Counted from the first letter of the stretch, positions 28,629 through 41,409 are shown. The stretch is DNA of 64,000 nt from Octopus vulgaris (GCA_951406725.2 OX597815.1:83886001-83950000), one strand, 5' to 3'. Numbers and translations are program-made. The notes: generated by a model not told the origin, from the letters alone.

Positions 28629-29170
28629 GCCCTGATGCAATACAAGGCAGTGGCTCTCATGGCTTCTCATCTTCACTGATCGAAGTGTTATCATGTACAT
28701 TGTTTTGCCTTGGTATAAAAGATGGGCTGCAGCAAATATTCTGTTCAATACCACAGATTTACTTGTTAGTTGTTTGACCTTAACCAGTTCAGTGTGTCCC
28801 TCAGTGGCTGACGATAGGTGCATCTCGCATCACGAGCAGAAGTAGTGGGGGAGCATCTTAGCCATGCATTGAGAGGAATTCTTTGGGGTTTGAATAATTC
28901 ACCACTGTAAACATGGGTGATTCTTTCAGCAGCTGTAAACAAGCCTTATTCAGGGACCTTTTGAGCGGGATGGGCTAGTTAACCTCAAAAAAATTCTAAC
29001 TAAACCCCACTTGAAAGGTCATACTTGTTTATCTTAAAATAAGATCACCATGTCGCACACACGTGGTTGTGATGCATGTGCCTGGTCTACTCTTATCAGA
29101 CGGGTAGTCATGATGGGTATGATGTGGTTCGTATACATGTGCCCCAATGTCACTTTGATGGGTTGCACTG
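28629..29170 (+). mobile_element. ~540-bp TAA-associated non-coding element, copy 1
   Basis: Starts gccctgatgcaatac after (TAA)n/(GAT)n; collinear with five other copies. Confidence 0.9.
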
Positions 29171-29330
29171 ATGGAACAAGTAGGAACTGCAATATGGGTG
29201 GAGCACTTGCAGAAAACAGTACTGCTTAGAACCGCTCGAATACTCCGAATGGTGCTCGAAAACTGAGGAGTGTTACCTTAGTTCACTGGTACATAACAGC
29301 TGACACCGTAGTATATCTCCAGCATTAGGG
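29171..29330 (+). mobile_element. R4/Dong-type retrotransposon ORF end and 3' UTR
   Basis: MEQVGTAIWVEHLQKTVLLRTARILRMVLEN* then a short UTR and (TAA)n at ~29340-29540. Confidence 0.8.
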
Positions 29331-29338
29331 ACAACAAT

Positions 29339-29418
<80 letters not shown>

Positions 29419-29450
29419 TAGTAATAGTAATAATAATAATAATAATAATA

Positions 29451-29540
<90 letters not shown>

Positions 29541-29574
29541 TGATGATGATGATGATGATGAAATAATAATCATT

Positions 29575-29712
29575 TCTAAAATTCTGTGGGAGAGGAGTAG
29601 TGGATTACATCGACCGCAGAGTTTCACTGGCAGTTAATTTATTGTCCCAGAAACGAAATACCGCTAACCATTTCGTCCAGCGGGCTAACGATTCTACCAA
29701 GTCGCCTCCTTA
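29575..29712 (-). mobile_element. Internally deleted SINE family B copy
   Basis: gattacatcgacc..gaaataccgctaaccatttcgtccagcgggctaacgattctaccaagtcgcc is the reverse of the family head and tail. Confidence 0.65.
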
Positions 29713-29849
29713 CTTTCTTCTATTACATCGCAGGGCTGACCAAAGCGTTGTGATTAGATCTGGTAGATAGAAACTGAAAGAAAACCCGCAGTACACGGTG
29801 TGGCAATACGATCAGGTAGCGAAATTGGTACATTGGAAACTGTGCAAAA

Positions 29850-30048
29850 ATACATACATACATACATATACATATATATGACAAGCTTCTTTCAGTTTCC
29901 TTCTACCAAATCCACTCAGAAGGATTTGGTCGGCTCGAGGATATAGTAGAAGACGCTCGCACAAGTTGCCACGCAGTGGGAATAACCTGGGACCATGTTG
30001 TTGTGAAGCAAACTTCTTAACACAGCCTCACCTGTGCCTACACAGCCA
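29850..30048 (-). mobile_element. SINE family A copy, with an opposite-strand fragment at 29733-29790
   Basis: cttctttcagtttccttctaccaaatccactc..ttaacacagcc matches 2305-2463. Confidence 0.8.
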
Positions 30049-32612
30049 CTTTTAGTGAAATACCTTCTAAGATTAATATTAGTCAAAAAGAATAAAAGAA
30101 AATTATTATTCTACATCACAATTCACTGTTAATTATAACGAAATCTACGTCTTTAAAAAAGCAAATTCCGTCACTCCTGATGAATGTTGGGCTTTGCACT
30201 AGTGATTTTGCTATTTTCATATTTTTGATGCCGCGTTAAATTTGAAGAATGACTCATAATTAGAAAATATTTTTCAAATTCATATTTACATGTCCAAACA
30301 TTTATTTTCTTAACGAGTGTTTAATTTGAAGCTTTTGAAAATAAATTCTGCCTTAGTATATCCCCGAGTTTTTATATGTTTGATGTGTACTTACGCATGG
30401 GCAATCTAGAATTATGTATTTGATAACCTGGCTTGATATTATTATCTAAGAAACTGTTGCTTATCTTCACAAGACGCCCATTGAAGATATTTCTTTATGA
30501 ATGATTTTTAGGAACGTGTTTAGCAAAGTCAAGGCATTTTTCCAAATGGTGAAGAACAAATCATATTGTCTTTCTATGTGTGTATTGTGCATTTGAGTCG
30601 TTGAGGACGTATGAGATTTTTATATTTCAAACCTCCCAGTAGTTCGGCCCTGTTGTCGTAACGCTTTTTATTGAAAGCTTCTTCAAACGCCATGCGGTTA
30701 GATATACTCGTACTAATACTTGCTATAAGATTTTCAAAAATACGAATGAAACTGCATATTTAGCTAGTTGCGTTTCTCTTTATATTTTTTAAAAGTTTTT
30801 GCAAATTTTCGATTTCTGGGCTATAGACGCATCTGAGAAGTCAACTGTAATTACATTAGTAACTACCGTACTTTTACGCTCTAAAATATTAAAAGCAACC
30901 ATAAGGTTTTCCGGAAGTTATTTAATGTATAGGCATCATGTCTTATACATTAGTGTGCAATAGGTAATCTATAGTCTGGATGAGAATCACTGCTAGGATT
31001 AGAAAATTTAGCTTTAATCAGATTTAGAGTATACGGGCCAAGTATGTCCCATAATTCTGAACTATCTTACCAGCACACTAAAAAATGAAATAGGTGTATC
31101 TTTTTAGCCAGTGCATTTATTTTTTGCCGATGCATTATAGGTATATGCGAGCGTATGCGCGAATGTGTACATGTCTGTGATTATGAGTGTTCGTGTTTGT
31201 ATTTATGTGCATATATTCATATCAATATATATGCGTATATACGTACACACATGCTTATGTATGTATGTATGTATGTATGTATGTATGTATGTATATACGT
31301 GCGTACGTATGTATTTATGTTTATAGAATGCATAATTCCACATATTTTTCTATTAATATGTAAGAACGCAGTAAGGCCACTTAAGCTTACATCCAACGTT
31401 TCAAGCCGAACCATTCTTCAAAGTATAGTGGTGCATGTCATTGTGTTTCATGTGTGTTAATATATTTACATGTCGAAGAAGTCATCTTAAAATATACGTA
31501 GGCGTTAATGCGTGTATTTATGTGTCTATGTTTGTAAGAGCTGAGTTGTTAATGGAATGTTAAATAATGTTTTAAAAAGCAAAATTCGCTTTGAAAATTC
31601 CTGTTTAATTAGGTTCCCTTAAAATCACCTAAAAAATTTATATTTTTAATTTATTTTTCATTCCAAATGTTGAAAGAAGTGTTGGCACCTCAGGCGGTCG
31701 ATCGACAATAGATGGGAAATAAAACTTTTCAATGTGTGTGTATGCGTGCGTATGAATGTGAGTTATTCCTGTGTGCATGAGTGTATGTGTGTGTGCGAGC
31801 ATGCATTTGCGTGTCTGTATGTACATTGTAGAGATATTCTTATAAAGGCATATGTGTACATATAAATATGTCACTGTATGCGTGTGGTTATAGATATGCG
31901 TCTGTGTGTTATGGGTGCGTACATACACACGTCTTAAATATATTGTACATACATATGAAAATAAATAGAAATCTATTCTATTATATTTCCCTCTCGTGAA
32001 TCACTCTTCTAGTGGCTGTCACCGCATTAATTTTACTCATGTACGTTGCTGTATTTACTGTATTACACACCCAATACAAAAATCATGTGGAAGAAAATTT
32101 ATGATTTGAAAGACGCTGCTATGTCACAGAGTAAAACTATGTACATAACCTCCGACAAATTACATTGCTGATATAACTATATTTAAGCGTAAGACCTTTA
32201 TAATTATTAATATTAGAGGTGATTAAATTTTGCCTAGACCCTTTCGTTTCTCTAATAACACTTTTAACCTTGAGTTATTTTCTTGCTTTCATAAGAATTA
32301 TGTTTCAGCAATAATGTATAGATCTGATTTCATATGATGTCTTTAGAAAATTTTTAATGATTAATATTGATATACGCTTCGTTTTTGTAAGGAATTTTAC
32401 TACGATGTTTGGTTGTAGCTAAAACAGACAAGAATTAAAATATAGCTCCAACTACACCGACTCTAATTGTGAACGGTGTTGTTCTAAGAATCAACACTTC
32501 TCTAGAATTATAAAGCCGTCGAATAGATACACATTTTGAGGTATACTTTGTTTATATTATACAGTAGGAATTTATATATATATACACACACACATTAATA
32601 CATACAAATATA

Positions 32613-32659
<47 letters not shown>

Positions 32660-32782
32660 TATTCCGTTACTGCTCCAAGGGGAAGTAGGCTTTGTATCGC
32701 CGAATTATCTCGTATCCTTTTTAGATCTAAAAATGCTATTGACTTACTAAATTCTAGATTTTAGAATCTTCTTTCAACATAA

Positions 32783-32845
32783 GTCTAGTGGTTAGGATTC
32801 CTGGCTTTCACCCAGGCGGCCCGGGTTCGATTCCCGGCATGGGAA
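32783..32845 (+). pseudogene. tRNA-Glu(TTC) copy lacking the 5' acceptor strand; head of a short retroposon
   Basis: gtctagtggttaggatt CCTGG ct TTC ac CCAGG cggc CCGGG ttcgatt CCCGG catgggaa: D, anticodon and T arms intact, first ~9 nt absent. Confidence 0.85.
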
Positions 32846-32915
32846 CGTCTTTCTAAATGGCGGTGCCCCAGCATGGCCACAGCTCATGAGCTGAGACTAG
32901 AATCAATCAATCAAT
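32846..32915 (+). mobile_element. LINE-like 3' tail with (AATC)n fused to tRNA-Glu
   Basis: ggcggtgccccagcatggcc resembles the SINE A tail; CAGCTCATGAGCTG palindrome; CATAAG duplicated at 32778 and 32916. Confidence 0.7.
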
Positions 32916-34274
32916 CATAAGCATCTGGACAAATTTCTATTATTAGCCTGGAAAACACTGGAAAACGCAGCCCTGTACGGAATAAGAATGCAGTCTCACA
33001 ACCTTTAACATTTGCACGTTCGAGTCCCCTAACTCTAAACCGAAAGTCCCGGTTAATCTCCTCATGGCAGTACAAAATCTTTAAAACACTAAGAAACTTA
33101 AAACCAATAATTTTTCTATCGGTTTAATATGAAACTACCTTTATATGAAAATTCGTCTATCTCCGGTATCTTCCTTCTCCAGTTACTACCTTATTAATAA
33201 TATACATAAAACCTGAAATTATAATTCTATACTGAACAAGTCATGCAGAAATAATCTATGAATTCCCAAAGTTTCAAACGTTCATAGGAAATTTTCTGAA
33301 ATAAGTCCATATACCTACAGAAAATACATACATTTATGGAAGGAAGATATGGAATAATCCGGTTGAGAACTTCTCGCGCATTTAAAAAAAAGAAAAATAT
33401 CACACTATAAAAAGCATTCATGTTTGAAAGGAAGTGAAAGAAATATACTTATGAAACAGACTGCAAACTTTACCTCCTTAAACTCATGTTAAAACTTATA
33501 AATAGTAAGCAGGACAATGATCTCACAGACACAAATCTGCTATCAACTTTAAACCAACTTACATACTTATGTGAACATTAAAACAGTTAATTAACAAAAT
33601 TTTTCATACTAATATCACTGTAACATGCTCAAGTAATAACCAACATTCTTCCAATAAAATGGGTGAAAAGCCATCCTGTCAGCTAAGTAAACATTATCGC
33701 ATACTTATAGTCTTTTGTGAACCTTTAAGCACCAATACTTTAAAAGTTGTCATACCTAGTAATACACCTAAATACAAAGGTCAAAACACTGGACTGAAGT
33801 CTAAGACTCTCAACGTACACAGTCTCAAAACAACAGGTATATATTTCATTAATGTCTAAATAAAAGCAGCACCCAAAAGAAGTAACAGATCTGCTACCAT
33901 CACACTCTTATGTGAACACACCTATTTGCAAAACTCTACATGCATGAATAGATTTTAACAATTATCATTTCTCTAAATTTAATCAAAAAAAAAAGAAACT
34001 TCCATACCATCTGGATACCACAAACTGACATCAAGCATAATTACTATTCGACAGAACTCAGGTTACCCTAGGAATTTTTTAACTTAACAAAGATTATATA
34101 TACATAAAAACAACATGAACTTAAATGAATTATCGTCCGATTATGGCTTAGCTGACCGAGACTTTGAAGTCGAGTCAATGCTATTCTTTTTAAAGAATAC
34201 TAAATTCACACTCTTCCAAATGTATTGAGTGATCATTCAATCTAATGTAAAAAAAATTTTATAACATGTAAACT

Positions 34275-34490
34275 AAGGCAGCGATCTGGCAGAATAGTTA
34301 GCATGCCGGGCAAAATGCTTAGCGGCAATTCGCCTGTCTTTACCTTCCGAGTTCAAATTCTACCGAGGTTGATTTTGCCTTTCATCTTTTCGGGGTCGAT
34401 AAATTAAGAACCAGTCAGCACTGGGATTGATGTAATCCACTAGCCTTTCTACCAAATATCAGACCTTGTGCCTATAGTAGAAAGGATTAT
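34275..34490 (+). mobile_element. SINE family B copy
   Basis: aaggcagcgatctggcagaatagttagc..gcctttcatctttcggggtcgataaattaag..cttgtgcctatagtagaaaggatta. Confidence 0.85.
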
Positions 34491-34578
34491 AACATAAACA
34501 AAAAATTATATATATATATTTGTATGTGTATATTCATATCTATATCACTCTCTATACATACACACACACATATATATG

Positions 34579-34615
<37 letters not shown>

Positions 34616-34663
34616 AGTGAGAATGAGAGACACATATACGTACACATACATATGTATATGCTT

Positions 34664-34766
<103 letters not shown>

Positions 34767-35363
34767 GTGCTTACATAAATGTATATGTATGTATATATGT
34801 ATGTCATGTGTTGAGCGGTATGCTTCCATAAAATTAGAATAATAGAAGCATTCTATATCCTGCTAGTTGAAACAGAAATCTTTTCAAAACTTGGAAAAAA
34901 TATTCGATAATGTTTGTATTATATTGGGCTTTTCGTTTTCGTTTTTTATTTCCATCTCCGTATTTTTTTTTTACGTTTGATGCATTTTGTTTTATTTCGA
35001 TTCATTGAAAAGTTATTAATTTTTTTTTCCTAGTAATGTAGATACCGCATTGATTTTTATCATAATTTTCTTTTTCATTCTCGAAGAATAGTGGGAAATA
35101 GCTAACTCTTCCGCCCTTCCATCTACGAGTAATTAATCTTCGTCATTTCCACCAAGCGGTTTTATAGTTTTCACATTTAAACTTTTTTTAGACGGTTTTA
35201 TTTTGTCGTTTGGTATATGTAGATTTTGTGAAGAATTAGGTCAAGCATTACAGTTTTAACCTATTTTCAAAGAATTTGCTTTGCTCTGTGAGGCGAGTAA
35301 CATAAAATAAAATAGTAAATGCATAAATTCTACCACTCTTTTTCCTGCTATTACTACTTCCAA

Positions 35364-35420
<57 letters not shown>

Positions 35421-35459
35421 GACTACTAGTACTACTACTAATAATGATAATCTATTAGC

Positions 35460-35875
35460 GGTACAAAGGCCTGAAATTTGGAGGAAGGGGATAGTCGATT
35501 ACATCGACCCTAGTACTCAAATGGTACTTAATTTATCGATAAAGCGGCGAGCTGGCAGAATCGTTAGCACGTCGGGCGAAATGCTCATCAGTATTTCATC
35601 TGTCGCTATGTTCTGAGTTCAAATTCCGCCGAGGTCGACTTTGCCTTTCATCCTTTCGGGGTCGATTAAATAAGTACCAGTTACGCACTGGGGTCGATAT
35701 GATCGACTTAATCCGTTTGTCCGTCCTTGTTTGTCCTCTCTTTGTTTAGCCCCTTGTGGGTAGTAAAGAAATAGGTACTTAATTTATCGACCCTGAAAGC
35801 ATGACAGGTAAAGTCGACCTCAGTGGAATTTGAAATTAGAATATAAAGACAGAAAATGCCGCTAAACATTTCGTA
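35460..35875 (-). mobile_element. SINE family B copy interrupted by a younger antisense copy
   Basis: Two halves (35460-35539 and 35774-35875) share a 17-bp duplication GGTACTTAATTTATCGA. Confidence 0.8.
35541..35773 (+). mobile_element. Full-length SINE family B copy with 17-bp target site duplication
   Basis: A box (tggcagaatcgttag), B box (gagttcaaattcc), central gcctttcatcctttcggggtcgat (MetaSINE-like by recall), tail tttagccccttgtgggtagtaaagaaata. Confidence 0.9.
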
Positions 35876-35879
35876 GGGA

Positions 35880-36050
35880 AGATATCGATTTCATTCACCC
35901 CAGTCTTCAACTGGTACTTATTTTAGCGACTCCGAAAAGGATAATAGGTAAAATCGACCTCGGCAGAATTTGAACTCAGAATATAATGACGGACGAAATG
36001 CCTGTAAGCTTCTTGCCCGGAGTGCTAAGAAGTATACCAGTTCACCATCT
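35880..36050 (-). mobile_element. SINE family B copy
   Basis: ctggtacttatttt..aatcgacctcggcagaatttgaactcagaa. Confidence 0.8.
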
Positions 36051-36434
36051 TCATTTTAATATTAATAAAAAATAATTACTAACTCAAGAAATTTCAGTTA
36101 TATGTCATATAAAGACAAAGTGTAAACAAACACAATATTAAAACTTAAACTTAAACTTAAATGTTGAAGTGAATCGAACAGCTTTTGTGTGTTTCTTAAA
36201 TGGCTTACAAACACCTTCCACGCTGCAATTGTTTTCGTTCCAGCATACGATCTCAGATCAAATCACTTGCTATGCAAGTACATCTCCATAAAACACAGTA
36301 TTAAAAATGGAGAATAGTCCATTATAAACAGACCTCTATCCGTAAGAGTAGATGTTTCTTCAAGGCGTTCGCCGCTCTGACAATAACAAACCTGCTGAAT
36401 AACCATAGAGTTCAGTAGCTATGGTCAAAATATC

Positions 36435-36643
36435 CTTTTCTACTCAAGGCAAAGGATCGGAATTTTGGGGGAGGGGGCAGTCAATTAGATCGATACCAGT
36501 ATGCACCTGGTACTTAATTTATCCACCCCAAGGATGAATGGCAAATCGACCTCGGTGGAATTTGAACTCAGAACTTAAAGACGGACGAAACACCGTTAAG
36601 AATTTCGCCCGTCGTGCTAACGTTTCTGCCAGCTCGCCGCCTA
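36435..36643 (-). mobile_element. SINE family B copy
   Basis: cgacctcggtggaatttgaactcagaac..gtgctaacgtttctgccagctcgccgcc. Confidence 0.85.
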
Positions 36644-37083
36644 CTATGTTCAAAATATTGATCGCATTCTGTATGCATGTGGACGATTTTATAATCATTT
36701 GAAAGGAATTCCACCGAACAAGATGCCAAATAAAAGCTTTCCTAAGTTTCAGGAAAGCCCAAATAATTTTAATTCATCTACAATCACCAATACACCTACC
36801 TAGATGTAGCCACACCTCTTTTACACCTTTTTACTGTCACAGTAATTTCAGCGTTTATACTATTTTCTGCGCTGGTGTGCTATATTCATTTACGAGACGG
36901 TTAATATTTTTGTCTCTTATAAATTGTTACTGAGTAGCTATAATCAACCGATGCATTAAATAAGTACCAGTTATACACTGGGTCGATTTAACCCCCACCC
37001 CTATGTTGCCCTTGCGGCAAAAATTCTAAATTATTATTATTATTATTATTATCATCATCATCATTATTATTATTATTATTATT

Positions 37084-37597
37084 GAGTGAGAGAGCAGTGC
37101 ATGTCATCAAAGTGACACTGGGGTAAAATATACGAAGCCCAATATACCCATCATGACTACCCGTCTGATAAGGGTACACCAGGCACATGCATCACAACCA
37201 TATGTGCGCAACATGGTGATCTCATATCAAGATAAACAGCACATGACCTTGCAGGTGGGGCCCAGTTAGAATTTTCTTCAGGTTGAGTAGCCCATCCCGC
37301 TCAAAAGGTCCCTGAATAAGGGTTGTTTAAGGATGTTGAACGAACCACCCATGTTTCCAAAGGTGAATTATTCAAACCCCAAAGAATCCCTCTCAACACA
37401 TGGCTATGATGCTCCCCCACTACTTCTGCTCATGATCAGAGATGCACATATCGTCAGCCACTAAGGGACATGCTCAACTGGTTATGGTCAAACAATTGAG
37501 AAGCAAATCTGTGGTATTGAGCAGAATATTTGCTGTAGCCCATCTTTTATACCAAGACAAAACAATGTACATGATAACACTTCCAATCAGTTAAGAT
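37084..37597 (-). mobile_element. ~540-bp TAA-associated element, copy 2 (slightly 5'-truncated)
   Basis: Reverse-complement homologue of 48926-49465; (ATT)n on both sides. Confidence 0.9.
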
Positions 37598-37602
37598 TAT
37601 TA

Positions 37603-37645
<43 letters not shown>

Positions 37646-37649
37646 GATC

Positions 37650-37679
<30 letters not shown>

Positions 37680-37680
<1 letters not shown>

Positions 37681-37845
37681 AGGCGGAGAGCTAGCAGAAT
37701 CGTTAGCACAGTGGGTGAAATTCTTTGCGGTATTTCGGCTCTCGCTAAGTTTTGAGTCCAAATTCCACCAAGGTCCACTATGCCTTTCCTCCTTTCGGGG
37801 GTTGATAAATTAAGTACCGTTGAAACACTGGGGTTGATGTAGTAC
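37680..37845 (+). mobile_element. SINE family B copy
   Basis: aaggcggagagctagcagaatcgttagc..gcctttcctcctttcgggggttgataaattaagtac. Confidence 0.85.
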
Positions 37846-37854
37846 TGAAGAAGC

Positions 37855-38910
37855 CTATCATGGCGATTAACTGGGGGTAACATAGAGCAGTCAGAGACGA
37901 GACGGTTAATCGTTCATTTGCTTGTATAACAAAAAGCGACAGTGGAAATCAGTGCCATTAAGCAAGTTCACTTGGTAATATCAGTTGGGCAGACAGTGAT
38001 ACTGAGCTGCTATGATGAAGCTCTCTGGTTTTGATTGAAGTTCAAATGCAGATAGCCAGTGATGTGTCATATGTGTTTAGGCATCTAGTCCTTGTAGGAT
38101 ATAATGTATATTTATTATGCAGCTCTGAGATTTAATTTGATTTTGCCTGTGATTTTATTTGTATGGCTAACACAGTGGGGTCTTTTCTTTCATCAAGCTG
38201 CGTTTCAGTCCCAGTGATCTTTAATCTCTTATAATTTGCTTGCTTCTTTTGATGCTGAGTGTAGTTTCTTTGTACATTTATGAATGCTGACAAGTTCATG
38301 CACCCAGTCGTTGCTGTTTATAGAGTGTCTAAAACTATGGCTGATAGTTTGAGAGACAGTTGCAGCTGCATCAAATATACACCCTTCATCTTTTCATGGG
38401 GTATATAGTATGCCTACATCTGCCTTTGGATAATGCATGCGTTACACAGGGAGCTTATTTTTTATCAGTTATCTCTTTTATGGAAAATTTTATGATATCT
38501 AAGTTAGAGACCACAAGATGTATACCTAGGATATTAATGGCATCGATCCTGTTTCTCACTTCAAGTTTGCTTAAATGTACGATAGCTTATTTAAAAATTG
38601 TTTTGCACATTTGTGGCTGCTGAATGCCTTCTACCACACATGGACCTGTATATTTGTAACTTTCTTCAAGATCTAATTCTTTAATTATATAAGTCTTCTC
38701 TAGCTGTATATTGCAGGTTTTCAAAACATTTCCTTTAAAAAAAATGCAGCCTCAACTGATTATCGAGGCTAAATTCCATTTCCGTATCGTCAGTGAATAG
38801 TTTTACTATGGTTAAAATCCTTCCAAATGTTCATTACCATTCACCAAATCTTTAGATCATCCATGTAAAGGAGGTGGTTGATTGATCTCTCAGTTATTCT
38901 GAATACATCT
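37855..38910 (-). pseudogene. Decayed reverse transcriptase and Zn-knuckle region of an R4/Dong-type retrotransposon
   Basis: Minus strand, broken frames: INHLLYMDDLK (catalytic YxDD), FTDDTEMEFSLD, IKELDLEESYKYTG, WLS..ESFIIAAQ, CRF..TINRLVSDCSML..RHDR. Confidence 0.8.
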
Positions 38911-39643
38911 CATGCGTGCTACAGTTCATATCAATGTCACTAACATTCAAATTATGTGCCTCTGAATTCAGGAATAGGCTTTTGTTCCAGAAATTCTTAT
39001 TATTTTATTTTTAAAATTGTCAAAAACCAGAGAGATTTTATAGATTTCCAAGCGTTTCTCAACTCAAGAATAGTGAAAGCTATTAAACGCATTTTCGTAA
39101 TCAATCCATTCAATGGAAAGAATTTTATGTCGTTTATGGCAGTCATCTACAATCATCTTATAGATCAAAAGCCAGTTTTTACACTTTACGAACCACGTTT
39201 GTTGACTTTTTCCTTGTAAGGTAATATTTTGTTATCCACCAGGGACATATACTGTAGAGATGATTAGTATTTTATACATGGTTTATAAGATATGTTATTG
39301 GTCGACAATTCGGAGGCGGTACTATTACTTTCATCATTTTACCAGTCAAATGATATATTTTTCGGGGGGTATGTATCATGTTATTGTACAGATGGCTCAC
39401 TTTTTCATGTGTTTTAGAGAAAATTTAGGGATTCCATCATTTCCAGAGGATTCTATTTGTTAGATTTTTTCCGATTACATCATCGATTTCAGTTTTCCTT
39501 TTCTATACCATATTTATTTCTCACTTCTTAGCTGTTGGAAACATTTTCTTTGTTCTTGATACTGAGTATTTCAGTACCAGATCTAAACATATATATTTTA
39601 TTTCTAATTCTCCCTTGCTATGCTGGGGTGAATATTAATATCA

Positions 39644-40029
39644 TTTTATGAAAACTCACAGATTGTTTCGCTGGATATAATGGAAAGTGTCAGCTGTCCA
39701 CAGCCAACAGACTAAGGTGACACTTGTTTACTGGTCAGACTCTAAGGCCCCGTGTGCTGTTGTCATTTTTCTCGTCTTGGTATCAATTTTCATCACTTCT
39801 CTCTTTTGCCATTTTATAATAACCGCTCTATACCGAAGTGATGCTATCGCCCACGTATTAACTGCTTGGTTTTTATTCAAAGCATTCAATATTGAGTGTA
39901 ACTCTAAACTCAGTCTTCGGAAATACTCCCTCCTCAAGTGCTCCTTTATTTCTTTTTCCATTATCTCGTTGAACTCAAGTACAACAAGGTATTTGTGTCT
40001 TTCTGTTTCAATTTCTCGAATCAAGTCTC

Positions 40030-40030
<1 letters not shown>
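39644..40030 (-). mobile_element. R4/Dong-type element: RT thumb segment joined directly to the ORF end and 3' UTR
   Basis: HKYLVVLE..MEKEIKEHLRREYFRR..LNALNKNQAVNTWAIASLRY..IDTKTRKMTTAHGAL then ESDQ* and UTR aagtgtcaccttag..agctgacact; begins at a ~350-bp (TAA)n tract. Confidence 0.8.
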
Positions 40031-40119
<89 letters not shown>

Positions 40120-40142
40120 CATCATCATCATCATCCTCATCA

Positions 40143-40182
<40 letters not shown>

Positions 40183-40234
40183 CATAATAATAATAATAAT
40201 TATTATTATTATTATTATCATAATAATAATAATA

Positions 40235-40272
<38 letters not shown>

Positions 40273-40280
40273 GATTATTA

Positions 40281-40333
<53 letters not shown>

Positions 40334-40345
40334 GTTATTATTATT

Positions 40346-40376
<31 letters not shown>

Positions 40377-40378
40377 TT
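40030..40378. repeat. (ATT)n/(AAT)n tract with alternating orientation
   Basis: Direct reading. Confidence 0.95.
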
Positions 40379-40379
40379 T

Positions 40380-40555
40380 GATTCAAATTTTGCACAATGC
40401 CAGATCGATTGCATTCATCCCAGCATTTCCCAAGTACTTTCCTCTATCGACTTCGAAATGAAATGATGAAAGGCAAAGTTGACTGAAAACATAAAGAGCC
40501 TACAGAAATGCCGCTAAACATATTTTCCGATGTGCTAACGACACTGCCAGCTCAA
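40380..40555 (-). mobile_element. Decayed SINE family B copy
   Basis: gatgaaaggcaaagttgac..gaaatgccgctaaac..gtgctaacgacactgccagctc. Confidence 0.65.
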
Positions 40556-41409
40556 AAATGAATTTATACAGGTGTCATGGAGGGGACAGAAACACAGTAC
40601 AAAAGAATGTGTTGGCTTGCAAAAAGATTGAGATGATGAAAATCGTGATAGTTTACATAGAAAACATATATGATATTGATCTTATTGGGAATAACCACCA
40701 CTTAATACTACACAAGGAGCTGCAGTGCTCTAGGTCTACTCTGACATCAAGCGGTAAGTATCTTCTTCGAATTGTATTCCCTGTATGCGCACTACGTAGT
40801 GGATTTCATTTGCATGATGAATATTCTTCACAATCAGCTAACTTTCATAATCTTTGTTGTAGGATGTTATAACCATCAGACAAGAAATTTACTTACTTTT
40901 CTCTACGAAAGAAAAGCGGAAGTGTAGTATTCGCAATGGACATGGCTGACAGACGGTCGCTACTACATAAGATAGCTTTCGTTCTACTAAATTTTCATAC
41001 GGATATATGAATCCCATAGATAGAACGTAATTATTCCTTATACACGGGGACCGGGATTTGTTGAAAGTAGGACACTACTATGAAACCATTAGAGTAGGAT
41101 AACGAAAATGCCATGACTCTAGCAAAATGAAGAATGAAGGAAATAATTTTTCTGTAAATATACGAAAACTATAAATAAAAAGTAGAAAGTAACTATGCAG
41201 TATAAAAAGGATGTAGAGAAGGAAAAGAATAACAACAGAATGCGTTTCTAAATATAAAAACCATACAAAAATCATAACAGAATACAACATAAAACCAATG
41301 ATATAAAAACGATAGAGACATAAGTTATGCATGAGTTAATCAGGCGTATGCCGTATGTTTCAATTTAAGTACCAAACAAATTTTGCGTAAAATATATCAA
41401 TATCAGAGA

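Noticed and set aside
32783-32845. Functional tRNA-Glu gene
   Set aside because: 5' acceptor strand is missing, there is no oligo-T terminator, and a retroposon tail and target duplication are present
33227-33421. Possible minus-strand exon after ttttctgtag
   Set aside because: Frames close quickly; no homology recognised and no partner exons found
39728-40414. Longest ORF in the window (228 aa)
   Set aside because: The N-terminal half is poly-Asn from (AAT)n; the rest is a retrotransposon fragment, not a host gene
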